NCBI GenBank assembly: GCA_965205865.1
Contig: CBDBHR010000028.1
Location: 224,001-288,000 of the forward strand
Direction: 5' to 3'
From: a bacterium
GTDB taxonomy: Bacteria > SAR324 > NAC60-12
Length of the DNA stretch: 64,000 nt
Under the pieces are notes generated by a model. That model was given only the letters and a program-made list of their open reading frames with translations. It was not told where the DNA came from and made no database searches. How positions within the stretch are numbered: position 1 is the first letter of the stretch; every line of letters begins with the position of its first letter. The translations under genes and the position numbers were made by a program. This document shows positions 8,284-18,044 of the stretch, piece after piece.

Positions 8284-11106
8284 CTATCCCCTGGGAGACG
8301 CGTATCGGGTCCCATGATCAATCTGTGGGACCAATGAAGAATGCTCCCGCCACAATTGAATTTCCTGCGAGGACGTCAAATGGTTCTGGTCCCGGGCAAA
8401 AATCAAAATCCGGTTATGTCCTTCCTGTAGTTCGACCCTTGTGGAAAACGGAAGGCTGGTGAGGGGTCCTTTCTCCAGGTTGGTTTGATAAAAGATTTTT
8501 TCTTGATTCAGAAAAATGTAGACATCTTTCAGTTGCTGATCATCTTGGGCCATTCCCGTCAACTCCACCGTTTTCAAAAAAGTCACCCTCTCAATTGTTT
8601 TGTTGGCCGGACCGTTTATTTCGAAATCGATAGTGGGGGCCTGAAAAAACGCATGCGCACTTTGATGCGGTGAGAATTGATAGATGAGATTGCTCCGATT
8701 CAAGACTACGTCACGCACTTCAACGAACAACTCCGATGTTTCAAAGGCTGCGGGATCGTTAATCTGAAACAATAAAATAGCCTGTTTTTCCTCGCCGGAA
8801 GGCAAGGCTCCCAAATCAAATCGACTGCGGGAAAGTACGACTGCCGACTGCCCACCTCTTTTTCTGAGCAAAACCACCGAGTTTTCGGAATCCCCTGCCC
8901 CGGAATTGCGCACTCTGAGCTGGAGTGCGATTTTTTCTCCAGCCTGAATTTTCCGGTCTCCGTTACCCTCCGATCCAAAACGGCCATCATCGATCAGTTT
9001 CAAGTGGAATGAGAATTGCGGTGAAGGGGCGGCACTGGAGGCCAGAAAAATTCGATGTGTTGCCAATTTTTGCAGTTGATGATCCACAAATTCAAAATCA
9101 ATAGCATGGATACTGTTGTTCATGTCTTTGGGAATATCCATCTGGAAAGTACGTACTTGTACTTCTCCGGAAGCCAGGTAACCAAAGGGTAACTGGTGGC
9201 CGTTGAAAATTGAATGATCGCTTTTAATCATGCTGATCAAACGACTTGCAGGACCACTTCCCATATTTTTTACGCTTACCCGAAACCGAATCCGGGAGTT
9301 TGCCGGAATCAAGGGTGGTGCCGGTATCCAGCTTTCCTGGGAATTTTTTTGCATTTCAGTATGAATCTCAACCTGCAGCCGGGGGGTAGTTTTCGAGGCG
9401 ACTCGTTTCCAATTGATATCTCGTTTTTTCAGCGTTTCCACAATGCGAGAATCCTGAATCGGTATCATGCGGCGCTGCGCATCCAAAGCTGTTTGTAAGA
9501 GAGTTTGTTGACCGTTTTTGAGATACCGGGTCAATATTTGCCGGGCGATCTCAACAAAAAAATCCTCACTCAGCGTCTCTTCAGTATTTTCCTCACCCAA
9601 TAAAAAAGCATTTGAATCCACTGTCTCTGAAACAACATAAGGCAAAAAAGCCGAAGGGTTGTCAGCATGATCCGCAACCTGGAAATGCCTTGCCAAGTCT
9701 TGTTCCCGGTTTTCTCTCTCCCAAATCAAGCGTACCTGATCTTCAGTAATGATGACCGGGTACAACGCAATATCGGGGGTCACTCCCATAGATTGGATCG
9801 ATTTGTTGCCGGGAGTGAGATATTTGGCGACTGTCAATTTCAGGGCGGAATTGTCCTGAAGCGACCATAGGGTTTGGATTGATCCCTTGCCGAAGGTCTG
9901 CTCTCCCAGCAAGATTGCGCGTCTGTTGTTTTTTAAGGCTGCCGCCAGGATTTCCGAGGCGGAGGCACTGCCATTGTTGATCAACACAATAATGGGGAGT
10001 GTCATCAGTTTCCTATTATTCAAACCCCAATGGGATCGATAAATGGTGGAGTTTTGCCGATTTCCTACGGTTGCCACAATGGTTTTTTTATCAGTAAGGA
10101 AGTGATCGGAAACTCTGACCACCTGACTCAGTAATCCTCCCGGATTGTTTCTGATATCGATGATCAATCCTTTGAGTTGATCAATGTCGCGCAACTTGGA
10201 AACAAGGTCTTCATCCGTGTTTTGTTGAAAATTTTTAATTTTTATGTAGCGGATAAGACCGTCCGATTGGGGGGCCAGGTCAACGGATTCGACGCTATCA
10301 ATGTGAATGATCGTCCGAATCAATTCAAATTTTTTAGGGGCGCTGAAGCCTGCCCTCATGATATATAAAATGAGTGGAGTCCCCGCTTTTCCCCTTAATT
10401 TATTAGCCGTGTCGGTCAAGTTCATATTTTTTGTTTCTTCATCGCCAATGCGCACAATCCGGTCCATCGCCCGGATACCTGCTTTGGCGGCAGGAGTGCC
10501 ATCGATGGGAGTGATCACTGTCATCTGATTGTTCCGGATCCCCACCACGATTCCGACCCCTCCAAAATTTCCACGCGTATTGACTTGAAATTCATTATAA
10601 ATTTCTTTAGGCAGCAAGGTCGAATGCGGGTCCAATTCGGAAAGCATGCCTTCTATCAAAGAATATTCCACTTTGTAGATCTGGGCCGATGCGCTCCAAG
10701 ACTGTTTGATGGAAGAAACAAGTCGCTGTAGCAACTGATTCAACTCATCGAGATCGCGAAGCGGATGGAAAGGGATCGCTTCATGCCGGGTTTCGACCGT
10801 CAGATTGAGCAAGTGAGGACTTTGCTCCATTTGCAGGGTCACCAGTATTTCTGGAATATTGAAGGAAAGTTCATCCAGGGCACCCTGGAGCATTCGTTGC
10901 GGGACCAAACGATTCGGATCAACATAATCCAATTGCACTCTCATTAAAACTTCGGCAATCAATCCGGAAGAAGAAGACGTTTCATTGTGTCTCAACGGTG
11001 GCGCTGCCGATTTTTTGAAGCAGGACAACACAAAAAACAGTAGGAAAGAAACCCATATAGTCTGTACGGTGAGTTTTTTAAATTGAAATCTGTCTGACAA
11101 CTGCAT
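8284..11106 (-). CDS. Large S41 C-terminal processing peptidase (PDZ + S41 + Ig-like C-terminal domains), probable lipoprotein
   Basis: LDPHS, FGGVG, DIRNNPGGLL, SASASEI, TFGKGS motifs; start from GAGGA RBS. Confidence 0.9.
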   Translation of the reverse strand: MQLSDRFQFKKLTVQTIWVSFLLFFVLSCFKKSAAPPLRHNETSSSSGLIAEVLMRVQLDYVDPNRLVPQRMLQGALDELSFNIPEILVTLQMEQSPHLLNLTVETRHEAIPFHPLRDLDELNQLLQRLVSSIKQSWSASAQIYKVEYSLIEGMLSELDPHSTLLPKEIYNEFQVNTRGNFGGVGIVVGIRNNQMTVITPIDGTPAAKAGIRAMDRIVRIGDEETKNMNLTDTANKLRGKAGTPLILYIMRAGFSAPKKFELIRTIIHIDSVESVDLAPQSDGLIRYIKIKNFQQNTDEDLVSKLRDIDQLKGLIIDIRNNPGGLLSQVVRVSDHFLTDKKTIVATVGNRQNSTIYRSHWGLNNRKLMTLPIIVLINNGSASASEILAAALKNNRRAILLGEQTFGKGSIQTLWSLQDNSALKLTVAKYLTPGNKSIQSMGVTPDIALYPVIITEDQVRLIWERENREQDLARHFQVADHADNPSAFLPYVVSETVDSNAFLLGEENTEETLSEDFFVEIARQILTRYLKNGQQTLLQTALDAQRRMIPIQDSRIVETLKKRDINWKRVASKTTPRLQVEIHTEMQKNSQESWIPAPPLIPANSRIRFRVSVKNMGSGPASRLISMIKSDHSIFNGHQLPFGYLASGEVQVRTFQMDIPKDMNNSIHAIDFEFVDHQLQKLATHRIFLASSAAPSPQFSFHLKLIDDGRFGSEGNGDRKIQAGEKIALQLRVRNSGAGDSENSVVLLRKRGGQSAVVLSRSRFDLGALPSGEEKQAILLFQINDPAAFETSELFVEVRDVVLNRSNLIYQFSPHQSAHAFFQAPTIDFEINGPANKTIERVTFLKTVELTGMAQDDQQLKDVYIFLNQEKIFYQTNLEKGPLTSLPFSTRVELQEGHNRILIFARDQNHLTSSQEIQLWREHSSLVPQIDHGTRYASPRG

Positions 11107-11123
11107 TTCCTCCTCATTTATTT

Positions 11124-12137
11124 TTAAAATCCAAGCCGGAACCTTTTGGCGCCGGCACAAATGACCTGGTTGCGACCTTGTCGTTTTGCCTGGTACAACG
11201 CCGCATCCACTTGTTGCAAAATGGCATTGAAATTGGGTGAATCCCCACACACTTCCGGATACGATGCAATCCCGGCGCTGCAAGTGATTTTCAATTCCAG
11301 ACCTTCAATCCTGAAGGGAAATTTCTCCACTTTTGTGCGGATTCGTTCACCGGTTTTATAAGACTCATGCGTCCTCTGCCCACTCAAACCAATGATAAAT
11401 TCTTCTCCTCCATATCGTGCGACGATGTCATGCTTGCGGATACTTTGCCTCAGAATTTCTGAAAACTGGAACAAAACCTGATCTCCACACTGGTGCCCAT
11501 AGGTATCATTCACCTCTTTGAAATGATCGATATCCAGCATCACTAACCCAATAGGTTGTTGATGACGCAGGGTTCGCAGAAACTCTTTTTCAAGACGATC
11601 GACAAAATAACGACGATTGTAAAGCAGGGTCAAGGAATCAGTAATGGCAATTTCCCGCAAGGTTTTCTGCATGGCCTCCAGTTCATGGTTTTTGCATTCT
11701 AAAACGTCATTCAAGCGGGCTAATTCAAAATTTTTTTTTGCCAGTTGATCTCTTTGGTTTTTGAGGCGGAACATCCCTTGGATGCGTACCAGTAACTCAG
11801 GAGCGCTCAAGGGTTTGCAAATATAATCATCTGCCCCTGATACCAACCAATTGGTGAAAGTATCTCCATCTTTCAGTCTTTCCGCCATTAGGATAACCGG
11901 TATCCCTGCCGTTCTTTTTTCCCCTTTCAATTGTCTGCATACTTCAAAACCATCGAGTTCCGGTATTTCAATATCCAGTAAAATCACATCGGGTTGCTCA
12001 GACAGAACTTTCTGCAGGGTTTTTTTGCCATAGTCTGCAAAGATTAGTTCATAATCGCCCTTGCAGGGGAGCAGGGAAGCCACATTTCGGCAGGCTCGAC
12101 AGCCACCCGTAATCAGTACTTTAGCCATTGGATTCAA
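11124..12137 (-). CDS. Response regulator receiver-diguanylate cyclase
   Basis: REC (DVILLD, GADDYICKP) plus GGEEF domain. Confidence 0.92.
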   Translation of the reverse strand: MNPMAKVLITGGCRACRNVASLLPCKGDYELIFADYGKKTLQKVLSEQPDVILLDIEIPELDGFEVCRQLKGEKRTAGIPVILMAERLKDGDTFTNWLVSGADDYICKPLSAPELLVRIQGMFRLKNQRDQLAKKNFELARLNDVLECKNHELEAMQKTLREIAITDSLTLLYNRRYFVDRLEKEFLRTLRHQQPIGLVMLDIDHFKEVNDTYGHQCGDQVLFQFSEILRQSIRKHDIVARYGGEEFIIGLSGQRTHESYKTGERIRTKVEKFPFRIEGLELKITCSAGIASYPEVCGDSPNFNAILQQVDAALYQAKRQGRNQVICAGAKRFRLGF

Positions 12138-12454
12138 TCAAGGTTTCAGAAGACCAATTCCCTAACGAGTGCGGCGTCGCTATTACAGACTTTTAGCTGT
12201 TTTTCTTGTCACCGGAGTGAACGTCCGGTTCATGGTACGGGGGTCGGAATGGCCCCTCCGGCAATTCTATTTCCCGGAGCATATTGTTTTGTTCACTTCC
12301 GGACCTGTTTTACCGTGATAGGGGGTAACTGATTCCAGCTTGCCATTTATTATTTGACCCAATACTCTACCACGTGAAACAAGAAAACTTCATACTATCT
12401 TACCTTTCCAGGACGCGCAACCTTGAAGCATCGCTTATGCCGCGGTCGAATCAA

Positions 12455-13066
12455 ATGTTTCTCACCTGCCTCGATTTAGAAGGAGTACTAGTTCCTGAAA
12501 TCTGGATAAATTTGGCCGAAAAAACGGGAATCGAAGCATTCAAACTCACCACTCGTGATGTTGCTGATTACGATGAATTAATGAGAAAACGATTGGCTTT
12601 GCTTGCAGTACACAATCTAACGATAAACGATTTCCGGGACGTAGTCGCCGGTATGGAACCCTTGGAAGGGGCCATTGAATTTCTGGACTGGCTGCAAGGG
12701 CGCTGTACGGTGATCATCCTTTCAGATACCTTTGTCGATTATGCCCGGCCTCTTTTTGTAAAACTTCACAATCCGACCGTTTTCTGTCATTCCTTGATCA
12801 TTGATGAACATAACCGGGTACGTGACTATCGATTGCGACAGCGGGATCAAAAAAAGAAAGCGGTCGCTGCCTTCAAGTCATTGAATTTTCACGTAATTGC
12901 TATAGGTGATTCCTACAATGACTTGAGCATGCTCGAAGAAGCTCATACCGGCATTTTCTTTCGTCCGACCTCCCGAATCGTAAAGGATTATCCCAATTAT
13001 CTCGTTAGTCATACTTACACGGAATTAAAACAAAAATTGTCTCAAATTGGATTGTCGGGTGTCTGA
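12455..13066 (+). CDS. thrH: Phosphoserine phosphatase/homoserine phosphotransferase
   Basis: CLDLEGVLVPEIW, ILSDTF, GDSYNDL motifs. Confidence 0.93.
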   Translation: MFLTCLDLEGVLVPEIWINLAEKTGIEAFKLTTRDVADYDELMRKRLALLAVHNLTINDFRDVVAGMEPLEGAIEFLDWLQGRCTVIILSDTFVDYARPLFVKLHNPTVFCHSLIIDEHNRVRDYRLRQRDQKKKAVAAFKSLNFHVIAIGDSYNDLSMLEEAHTGIFFRPTSRIVKDYPNYLVSHTYTELKQKLSQIGLSGV

Positions 13067-13105
13067 GTCCCTTTTTGACCTGATCATGCGAACACACACT
13101 GCCAT

Positions 13106-13504
13106 ATGAACGATTCTAATAAAAAATCAATTTATTACCTGGGTGAGGGAACCGAAATCGAAGGGAAATTGACTGTCGACAAGACAGTTGTCATCGATGC
13201 AACTATCAAGGGTTCTGTCGAGGGACAACAGGAAGTGATTTTTGAGAGAAAAGGCCGAATGGAAGGTCCTATCCATGCGCAAACCGTAACGGTGAAAGGT
13301 AAAATCAAGGGGGATATTTTTTCCAAAAAAGTCGTCAAAATTCTTCCGGGAGGAGAATTGGAAGGCAACGTGACCACTCCTCCGGGAGGGGTGGTTGTTC
13401 AAAAGGGAGGCATTCTCAACAGTCGTTTGTCACCACCGCAATCAAGTCCCAATCCTCCGGATCAGCTCTCCCGGCAAGCAAAAGACGGCATTCTCACCAA
13501 ATAG
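13106..13504 (+). CDS. Bactofilin (polymer-forming cytoskeletal protein)
   Basis: Repeated I.G beta-helix pattern (GTEIEGKL, VKGKIKGDI). Confidence 0.85.
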   Translation: MNDSNKKSIYYLGEGTEIEGKLTVDKTVVIDATIKGSVEGQQEVIFERKGRMEGPIHAQTVTVKGKIKGDIFSKKVVKILPGGELEGNVTTPPGGVVVQKGGILNSRLSPPQSSPNPPDQLSRQAKDGILTK

Positions 13505-13613
13505 TCTCTTTTTGAAATGCTATTAAAACAGGCGCGAGTTCATGCTGCCGTATTAGAAAGCGGTCCGTATACGCGACTCTCCTTGTTCAGCAGAGCTTAA
13601 CAGAGCAACGGCA

Positions 13614-15032
13614 ATGAATCATTGCTACACAGTCGAGGAATTGTCTCAAATCCTGCAAAGTCAGTCCGTTCAACTGCCGGAACAAACATTGTTCCGCAAC
13701 CTCTCCACCGACTCCAGAAAAATCCAGCCCGGCGATTTGTTTTTTGCCCTTTCCGGTGAAAACACCGACGGGCATCTTTATATCAAACAGGCATTGGAAA
13801 AAGGGGCGACAGGAATCGTTGCCTGTCGCAACAAAGTGGCACCTGCGTTACTTTCTTCCCAAATACCACTGATTGCGGTGAACGATCCTAATAAAGCTTT
13901 GCTGGACCTGGCGCAGGAGTATCGCACACGCCTCGAGACGGGCACAGTGATTGGCATTACAGGCAGCAATGGAAAGACCTCCACGAAAGAAATCGCGGCC
14001 ACCCTTTGCCAGTTTCTGGATCCTAAAACTCATGCTACCGAGGGAAATTTCAATAATTTTGTGGGCGTGCCCCTAACGATTTTATCTGCGAATTTGGAAG
14101 AAGCATGGTGGTTGATAGAATTGGGTACTAACCATTTCGGGGAAATCGCCACGCTCTCCAAAGTGGTCAAGCCCGACTTGGGATTGATTACCAATGTAGG
14201 GGAAAGCCACCTGGAGTTTTTAGAAAACACCCAAGGCGTAGCACGTGAAAAATCAGGATTGTTTGCGGGAATGGTTCCCGATTCTTTTGCAGCAATCCCC
14301 GCCAACCTGCTGCATCAGGATTTTGTCAGGGACTATGCGTCGGAACATAGAGTTTGCTTACTCACTTACGGTTTCGAACACTGGAAAGTTCCCAAGAAAC
14401 CCGATTTTTCAGCAAGACTCCTTTCCTCTTCTCCCACTCGGACCCGATTCGAATGGCTTGGCCAACCTTTTGAAACATCTCTGGGCAATCCTTTGCTACT
14501 TGGCAATTTATTGGGAGCGCTCACTTTGTTTCACCTCTGCGATATCCCTTTGGAATCACTGCAGAAAGCGACGCGGGCCTTGTCCTACTGCGTCGAAGGG
14601 CGGATGCAATTACATGAAATGGGAAGGTTTTTATTGGTCGATGATACTTACAATGCCAATCCTACCTCATTCTGCAGTGTGATTGACAGTTTGAGACAGA
14701 TGTACCCCCAACGCCGTTTGATTGTTGTTGCAGGCGCAATGGCCGAACTGGGTAAAGAGAGCAAACGCCTGCATTTCCAGTTGGGGAGGCAGATGAGAAA
14801 GGCCAACGTTGCTTTCCTTTTTGCCTTTGGTGACAATGAAGCGCACGAATATGTGGCTGGATGGCAGAAAGGCAATAACCTTTCCAACAACGTGTATTGG
14901 ACTGACGATATGATTGCATTCATGGACGCCTTTGAATCAGTGGTTCGGCAAGAAGACCTGATATTGGTCAAAGGGTCCCGCTCTGCTCGCATGGAACGAT
15001 TTGTTCACCTGATTCGAGCACGATCCTTATAA
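13614..15032 (+). CDS. murF: UDP-N-acetylmuramoyl-tripeptide--D-alanyl-D-alanine ligase
   Basis: TDSR, GITGSNGKTSTKE, GNFNN, DDTYNANP, LVKGSR. Confidence 0.96.
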   Translation: MNHCYTVEELSQILQSQSVQLPEQTLFRNLSTDSRKIQPGDLFFALSGENTDGHLYIKQALEKGATGIVACRNKVAPALLSSQIPLIAVNDPNKALLDLAQEYRTRLETGTVIGITGSNGKTSTKEIAATLCQFLDPKTHATEGNFNNFVGVPLTILSANLEEAWWLIELGTNHFGEIATLSKVVKPDLGLITNVGESHLEFLENTQGVAREKSGLFAGMVPDSFAAIPANLLHQDFVRDYASEHRVCLLTYGFEHWKVPKKPDFSARLLSSSPTRTRFEWLGQPFETSLGNPLLLGNLLGALTLFHLCDIPLESLQKATRALSYCVEGRMQLHEMGRFLLVDDTYNANPTSFCSVIDSLRQMYPQRRLIVVAGAMAELGKESKRLHFQLGRQMRKANVAFLFAFGDNEAHEYVAGWQKGNNLSNNVYWTDDMIAFMDAFESVVRQEDLILVKGSRSARMERFVHLIRARSL

Positions 15033-15052
15033 TCAACCACGAAGTACGAATA

Positions 15053-16951
15053 TCAGACTGAAAAGATCACGTGCTTCTCCAGAAAAGCGCTGATGGCTTT
15101 GTAAAACTGATTGATCGTTTCCTGCTTTCTCCATCCATGCCCTTCTCCCGTAAATAAGTGATACTCATGGGGGATCTTGTTTTGACGCAGGACTTCCACG
15201 ATTGCTTCTGTTTGATTTTTTGGCACCACCTCGTCATCTTCTCCCTGAAAGAGGAGCAACGGACGTTGAATGAGGTTGGCAAAAAAGAGAGGCGAACGTT
15301 CATGAAAGACAGAGGCTGCCTCCGGAAGGACGCCAATCAGGGAATCGGTGTAATGTTTCTCGAATTTATGGGTATCTTGTACCAGGTTGAACAGGTTGGA
15401 TATCCCGTATGAGCATATGCCAGCGCAGAAAACCGTAGGATGGCGTACCATCACCTGCAGGACCGTGTAGCCACCAGCACTGCCACCTTTGATGATCAGA
15501 CGCTTGGAATCCACCCGTTGTTGCTCGACCAGACAGGATGCCATGAAAATCGCGTCTTCCACGTCGGTAACACCCCATTGTCCCCGTAGTAAGTCCCGGT
15601 AGGCTTTTCCATAGCCACTGCTTCCTCGATAATTGAGGTTGAGGACGGCATAACCCCGCGATGTAAAATACTGCACGTTCCCACTCCAAATCGGCAGCGC
15701 TTGACTGGTGGGTCCGCCATGAATCCGAACCACCAAAGGAGGTAGACCCTGACTTTCAAAATGAGGATGTTGCGGGGGATAGAACAAACTGTGAATGGTT
15801 TGCCCTCGTTCATTTTTCGCCTGCAAGGCTTCGGGATGGGAATAATGATCCGCGGCAATCTGTTCATTGAAGGATCGTTTGAGAATCCGGAGAGTACTGA
15901 TTTTATGCTTTTTCTCAATTTTGATCAGCCGTTTTGGAACGTCGGAGCGAGATGCCAGCAAAACCGCCTCCCCTTTTGCGGAGATGCAAAGAGATTCCAA
16001 GTGGCTATACTGGTCTTGCATCCCTGGCCAGGGGATCATTTTACCTGAATTGCACTCGAATAATTGCAAAGAAGAGAAGCCGCGCTCGCTTTTAATGACG
16101 GCCAGCCTTTTTCCATCCGGCATCCAATCGTACCAGCGCATTCCCAGAATCCAGGCCGGTCCTCCAAATTCGATTGCCTCGTTGGTGAGCGCGCGTGTCG
16201 ATTTAGATTTTAAATGAAAGCAGTGCAGGTTGTACCAACCACTTTCATCACTGAGATAGACGAGTTGGTCACTGGCAGGAGAAAACTCGGGTTGGATGAT
16301 TGAATTTTTTTCTCCCCCGGCAATGGAAAGCACTTTTCCCGTACGGGATTGAGAAAGCAGGGTTTCGGAGATTGGCGCAAGCTCCAGGAAACTTCCGTCC
16401 CAGGGCATATTGGGATGATTCCAACAAACCCAACTCAACCATTTGCCATCAGGGGACCAACGAGGGTCCATATAAAAATCTGCACCGGATATCAATTTCT
16501 GCGGCCAGTGATTGCCGGATATTGGCACCAAGGCCAAGCCACCTTCCCCTTCATTTTCATAGACATAGACCACCCATTCTCCGCCAGGCGAAATCTGTGG
16601 AGACGCGCAGTGCCCAAATCCCGGTGTGATGGCGAGCGCATCGCCTCCCTGCAAGGATTGGCGATACAATTTTCCTCCGTTGCCCACAAAAACGACCATT
16701 CCACCATGCGCGCAAAAATTTCCTCCACCATAACCAACTCGCGCCCGGACGTTTTGTCCCAAGGTGAGCTCCCGAGGGCAATTTCCGGAAGAATCCATTG
16801 CCACCAGCGTGCCCACGCCATCGCGCTGTTCCAGCCAAACCAATTGATCGCTGACTTTGTCCCACCGGGGTTCACTCAAACCCAAAGCATTGGATATCAA
16901 TTCAGGCGTAAACAAACTCGGCCACAATCCATAAGCTTTTTCTGTTTTCAT
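15053..16951 (-). CDS. S9 family prolyl oligopeptidase
   Basis: HGGP, NYRGSSGYG, GGSAGGY, EGHGWR. Confidence 0.93.
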   Translation of the reverse strand: MKTEKAYGLWPSLFTPELISNALGLSEPRWDKVSDQLVWLEQRDGVGTLVAMDSSGNCPRELTLGQNVRARVGYGGGNFCAHGGMVVFVGNGGKLYRQSLQGGDALAITPGFGHCASPQISPGGEWVVYVYENEGEGGLALVPISGNHWPQKLISGADFYMDPRWSPDGKWLSWVCWNHPNMPWDGSFLELAPISETLLSQSRTGKVLSIAGGEKNSIIQPEFSPASDQLVYLSDESGWYNLHCFHLKSKSTRALTNEAIEFGGPAWILGMRWYDWMPDGKRLAVIKSERGFSSLQLFECNSGKMIPWPGMQDQYSHLESLCISAKGEAVLLASRSDVPKRLIKIEKKHKISTLRILKRSFNEQIAADHYSHPEALQAKNERGQTIHSLFYPPQHPHFESQGLPPLVVRIHGGPTSQALPIWSGNVQYFTSRGYAVLNLNYRGSSGYGKAYRDLLRGQWGVTDVEDAIFMASCLVEQQRVDSKRLIIKGGSAGGYTVLQVMVRHPTVFCAGICSYGISNLFNLVQDTHKFEKHYTDSLIGVLPEAASVFHERSPLFFANLIQRPLLLFQGEDDEVVPKNQTEAIVEVLRQNKIPHEYHLFTGEGHGWRKQETINQFYKAISAFLEKHVIFSV

Positions 16952-17384
16952 CTTGCAACCATTATCTTTACTCTTGCTATCGCGTCCACCTCTTCATACG
17001 ATTCAAATTCATTTATACCTTCGTGTTTTTTATCACAATGTCGCATGCCTGCATAGAAGGGAAATTGGAGGAAGGAAATGCTCAAATTCCTCAAACCCGG
17101 TCTGAATCCGCATCGTCACACGTCGATAAGTGTTGGGCCAAGGTTTAGGAATGAAATTTAAATAAGTTAGAAATATGGATACGCAAAATTAGGGTACAGG
17201 TAACAGCAGGAAAACAGTAGAGTTGGGATGCGCAGCAGTGTACATGTCCCCCAATTTTGCTCACACCATTGGAAGAATTACAGGTTATTTAAGGTTTGTT
17301 CCTTAATATACAATTATTACGCACAATATTTCTAACAGTTTTGAAATACCTATGAAGTATTCTTTGTTCTGTACACAGAATCAA

Positions 17385-17461
17385 TGTCATTCCTGGCTTG
17401 CCCAGGAATCCAGGGGGCCTGCCAAAGAACTCCTGGATGCCTGATCAAGTCATGCATGACA
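17385..17461. repeat. GTCATTCC-type REP doublet
   Basis: TGTCATTCCTGGCTTGCCCAGGAATCCA plus a degenerate inverted arm; nearly identical to the repeat at 53449; outer imperfect IR CAGTTTTGAAATA/TATTTCAAACTG. Confidence 0.8.
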
Positions 17462-17666
17462 CAGGCACCGGGATTGCTTGAATTATTTCAAACTGAGAAA
17501 CTGACTCAGAGTTGTAAATAATTCAGATACTTTTTCTAAGTATTTGAAATGATTTTTTTCAATTTATTAAGAATTAAAAAAAATGTCAGAACCATTGACG
17601 CACAATTTATGTTTAAAATTTCCTTCTCCCTGGTGAGAGATGTTCCTTACTTGGAGTGAAGAAACG

Positions 17667-17704
17667 ATCCCCCTCCCCTGGAGGGAGGGGTTAGGGGAGG
17701 GGGA
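17667..17704 (-). repeat. CCCCTC...CCCTCC-type palindromic repeat
   Basis: Related in reverse orientation to the repeats at 59512 and 63564. Confidence 0.6.
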
Positions 17705-17934
17705 AAGGGGAGAGCGGCACCACGAGCGTTTCATTTATCGTCAGCCGTGATTCCAGTCTTGCTTTGTAGATATGATTGGGCTATTTTTTATTTCCAGCCG
17801 AATAGGGGAAATCCATTTGTTCCGTTTGATCATTCCCCCGACCGTTGCGCATGCGACGGGTGGGAACCCTCCCACAGTACCGTTTGATCGATGGGGTGGA
17901 AACCCTCATTTTGATCGGAGTGGCAACAGAAAAA

Positions 17935-18011
17935 GGGCCCATAGCTCAGTTGGTTAGAGCTGCCGACTCATAATCGGCCGGTCCCTGGTTCGAGTCCAGG
18001 TGGGCCCACCA
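17935..18011 (+). tRNA. ileX: tRNA-Ile2 (anticodon CAT, lysidine type)
   Basis: 77-nt cloverleaf GGGCCCA...TGGGCCC-ACCA; GACTCATAATC anticodon arm and overall sequence resemble Ile2 rather than Met tRNAs. Confidence 0.88.
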
Positions 18012-18044
18012 AACCGTTCAAAATCACAAGCAGGAAGAAGAGGC

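Noticed and set aside
11107-11283. N-terminal extension of the S41 protease ORF
   Set aside because: Overlaps the cyclase gene; the RBS and signal peptide point to 11106
16349-17056. 235-aa plus-strand ORF and similar long antisense ORFs
   Set aside because: Antisense to well-supported genes and without recognisable motifs
6990-17238. GCGCATCCCAA / TTGGGATGCGC as ends of a 10-kb transposon
   Set aside because: The match is short, the enclosed genes are housekeeping, and I saw no transposase or target duplication
17935-18011. tRNA-Met call from the CAT anticodon
   Set aside because: No initiator features (paired first base pair, no GGG/CCC anticodon stem) and the sequence resembles Ile2 tRNAs
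18000-18044. Listed upstream start of the SNF2 ORF
   Set aside because: Overlaps the tRNA; the ATG at 18045 has a plausible RBS
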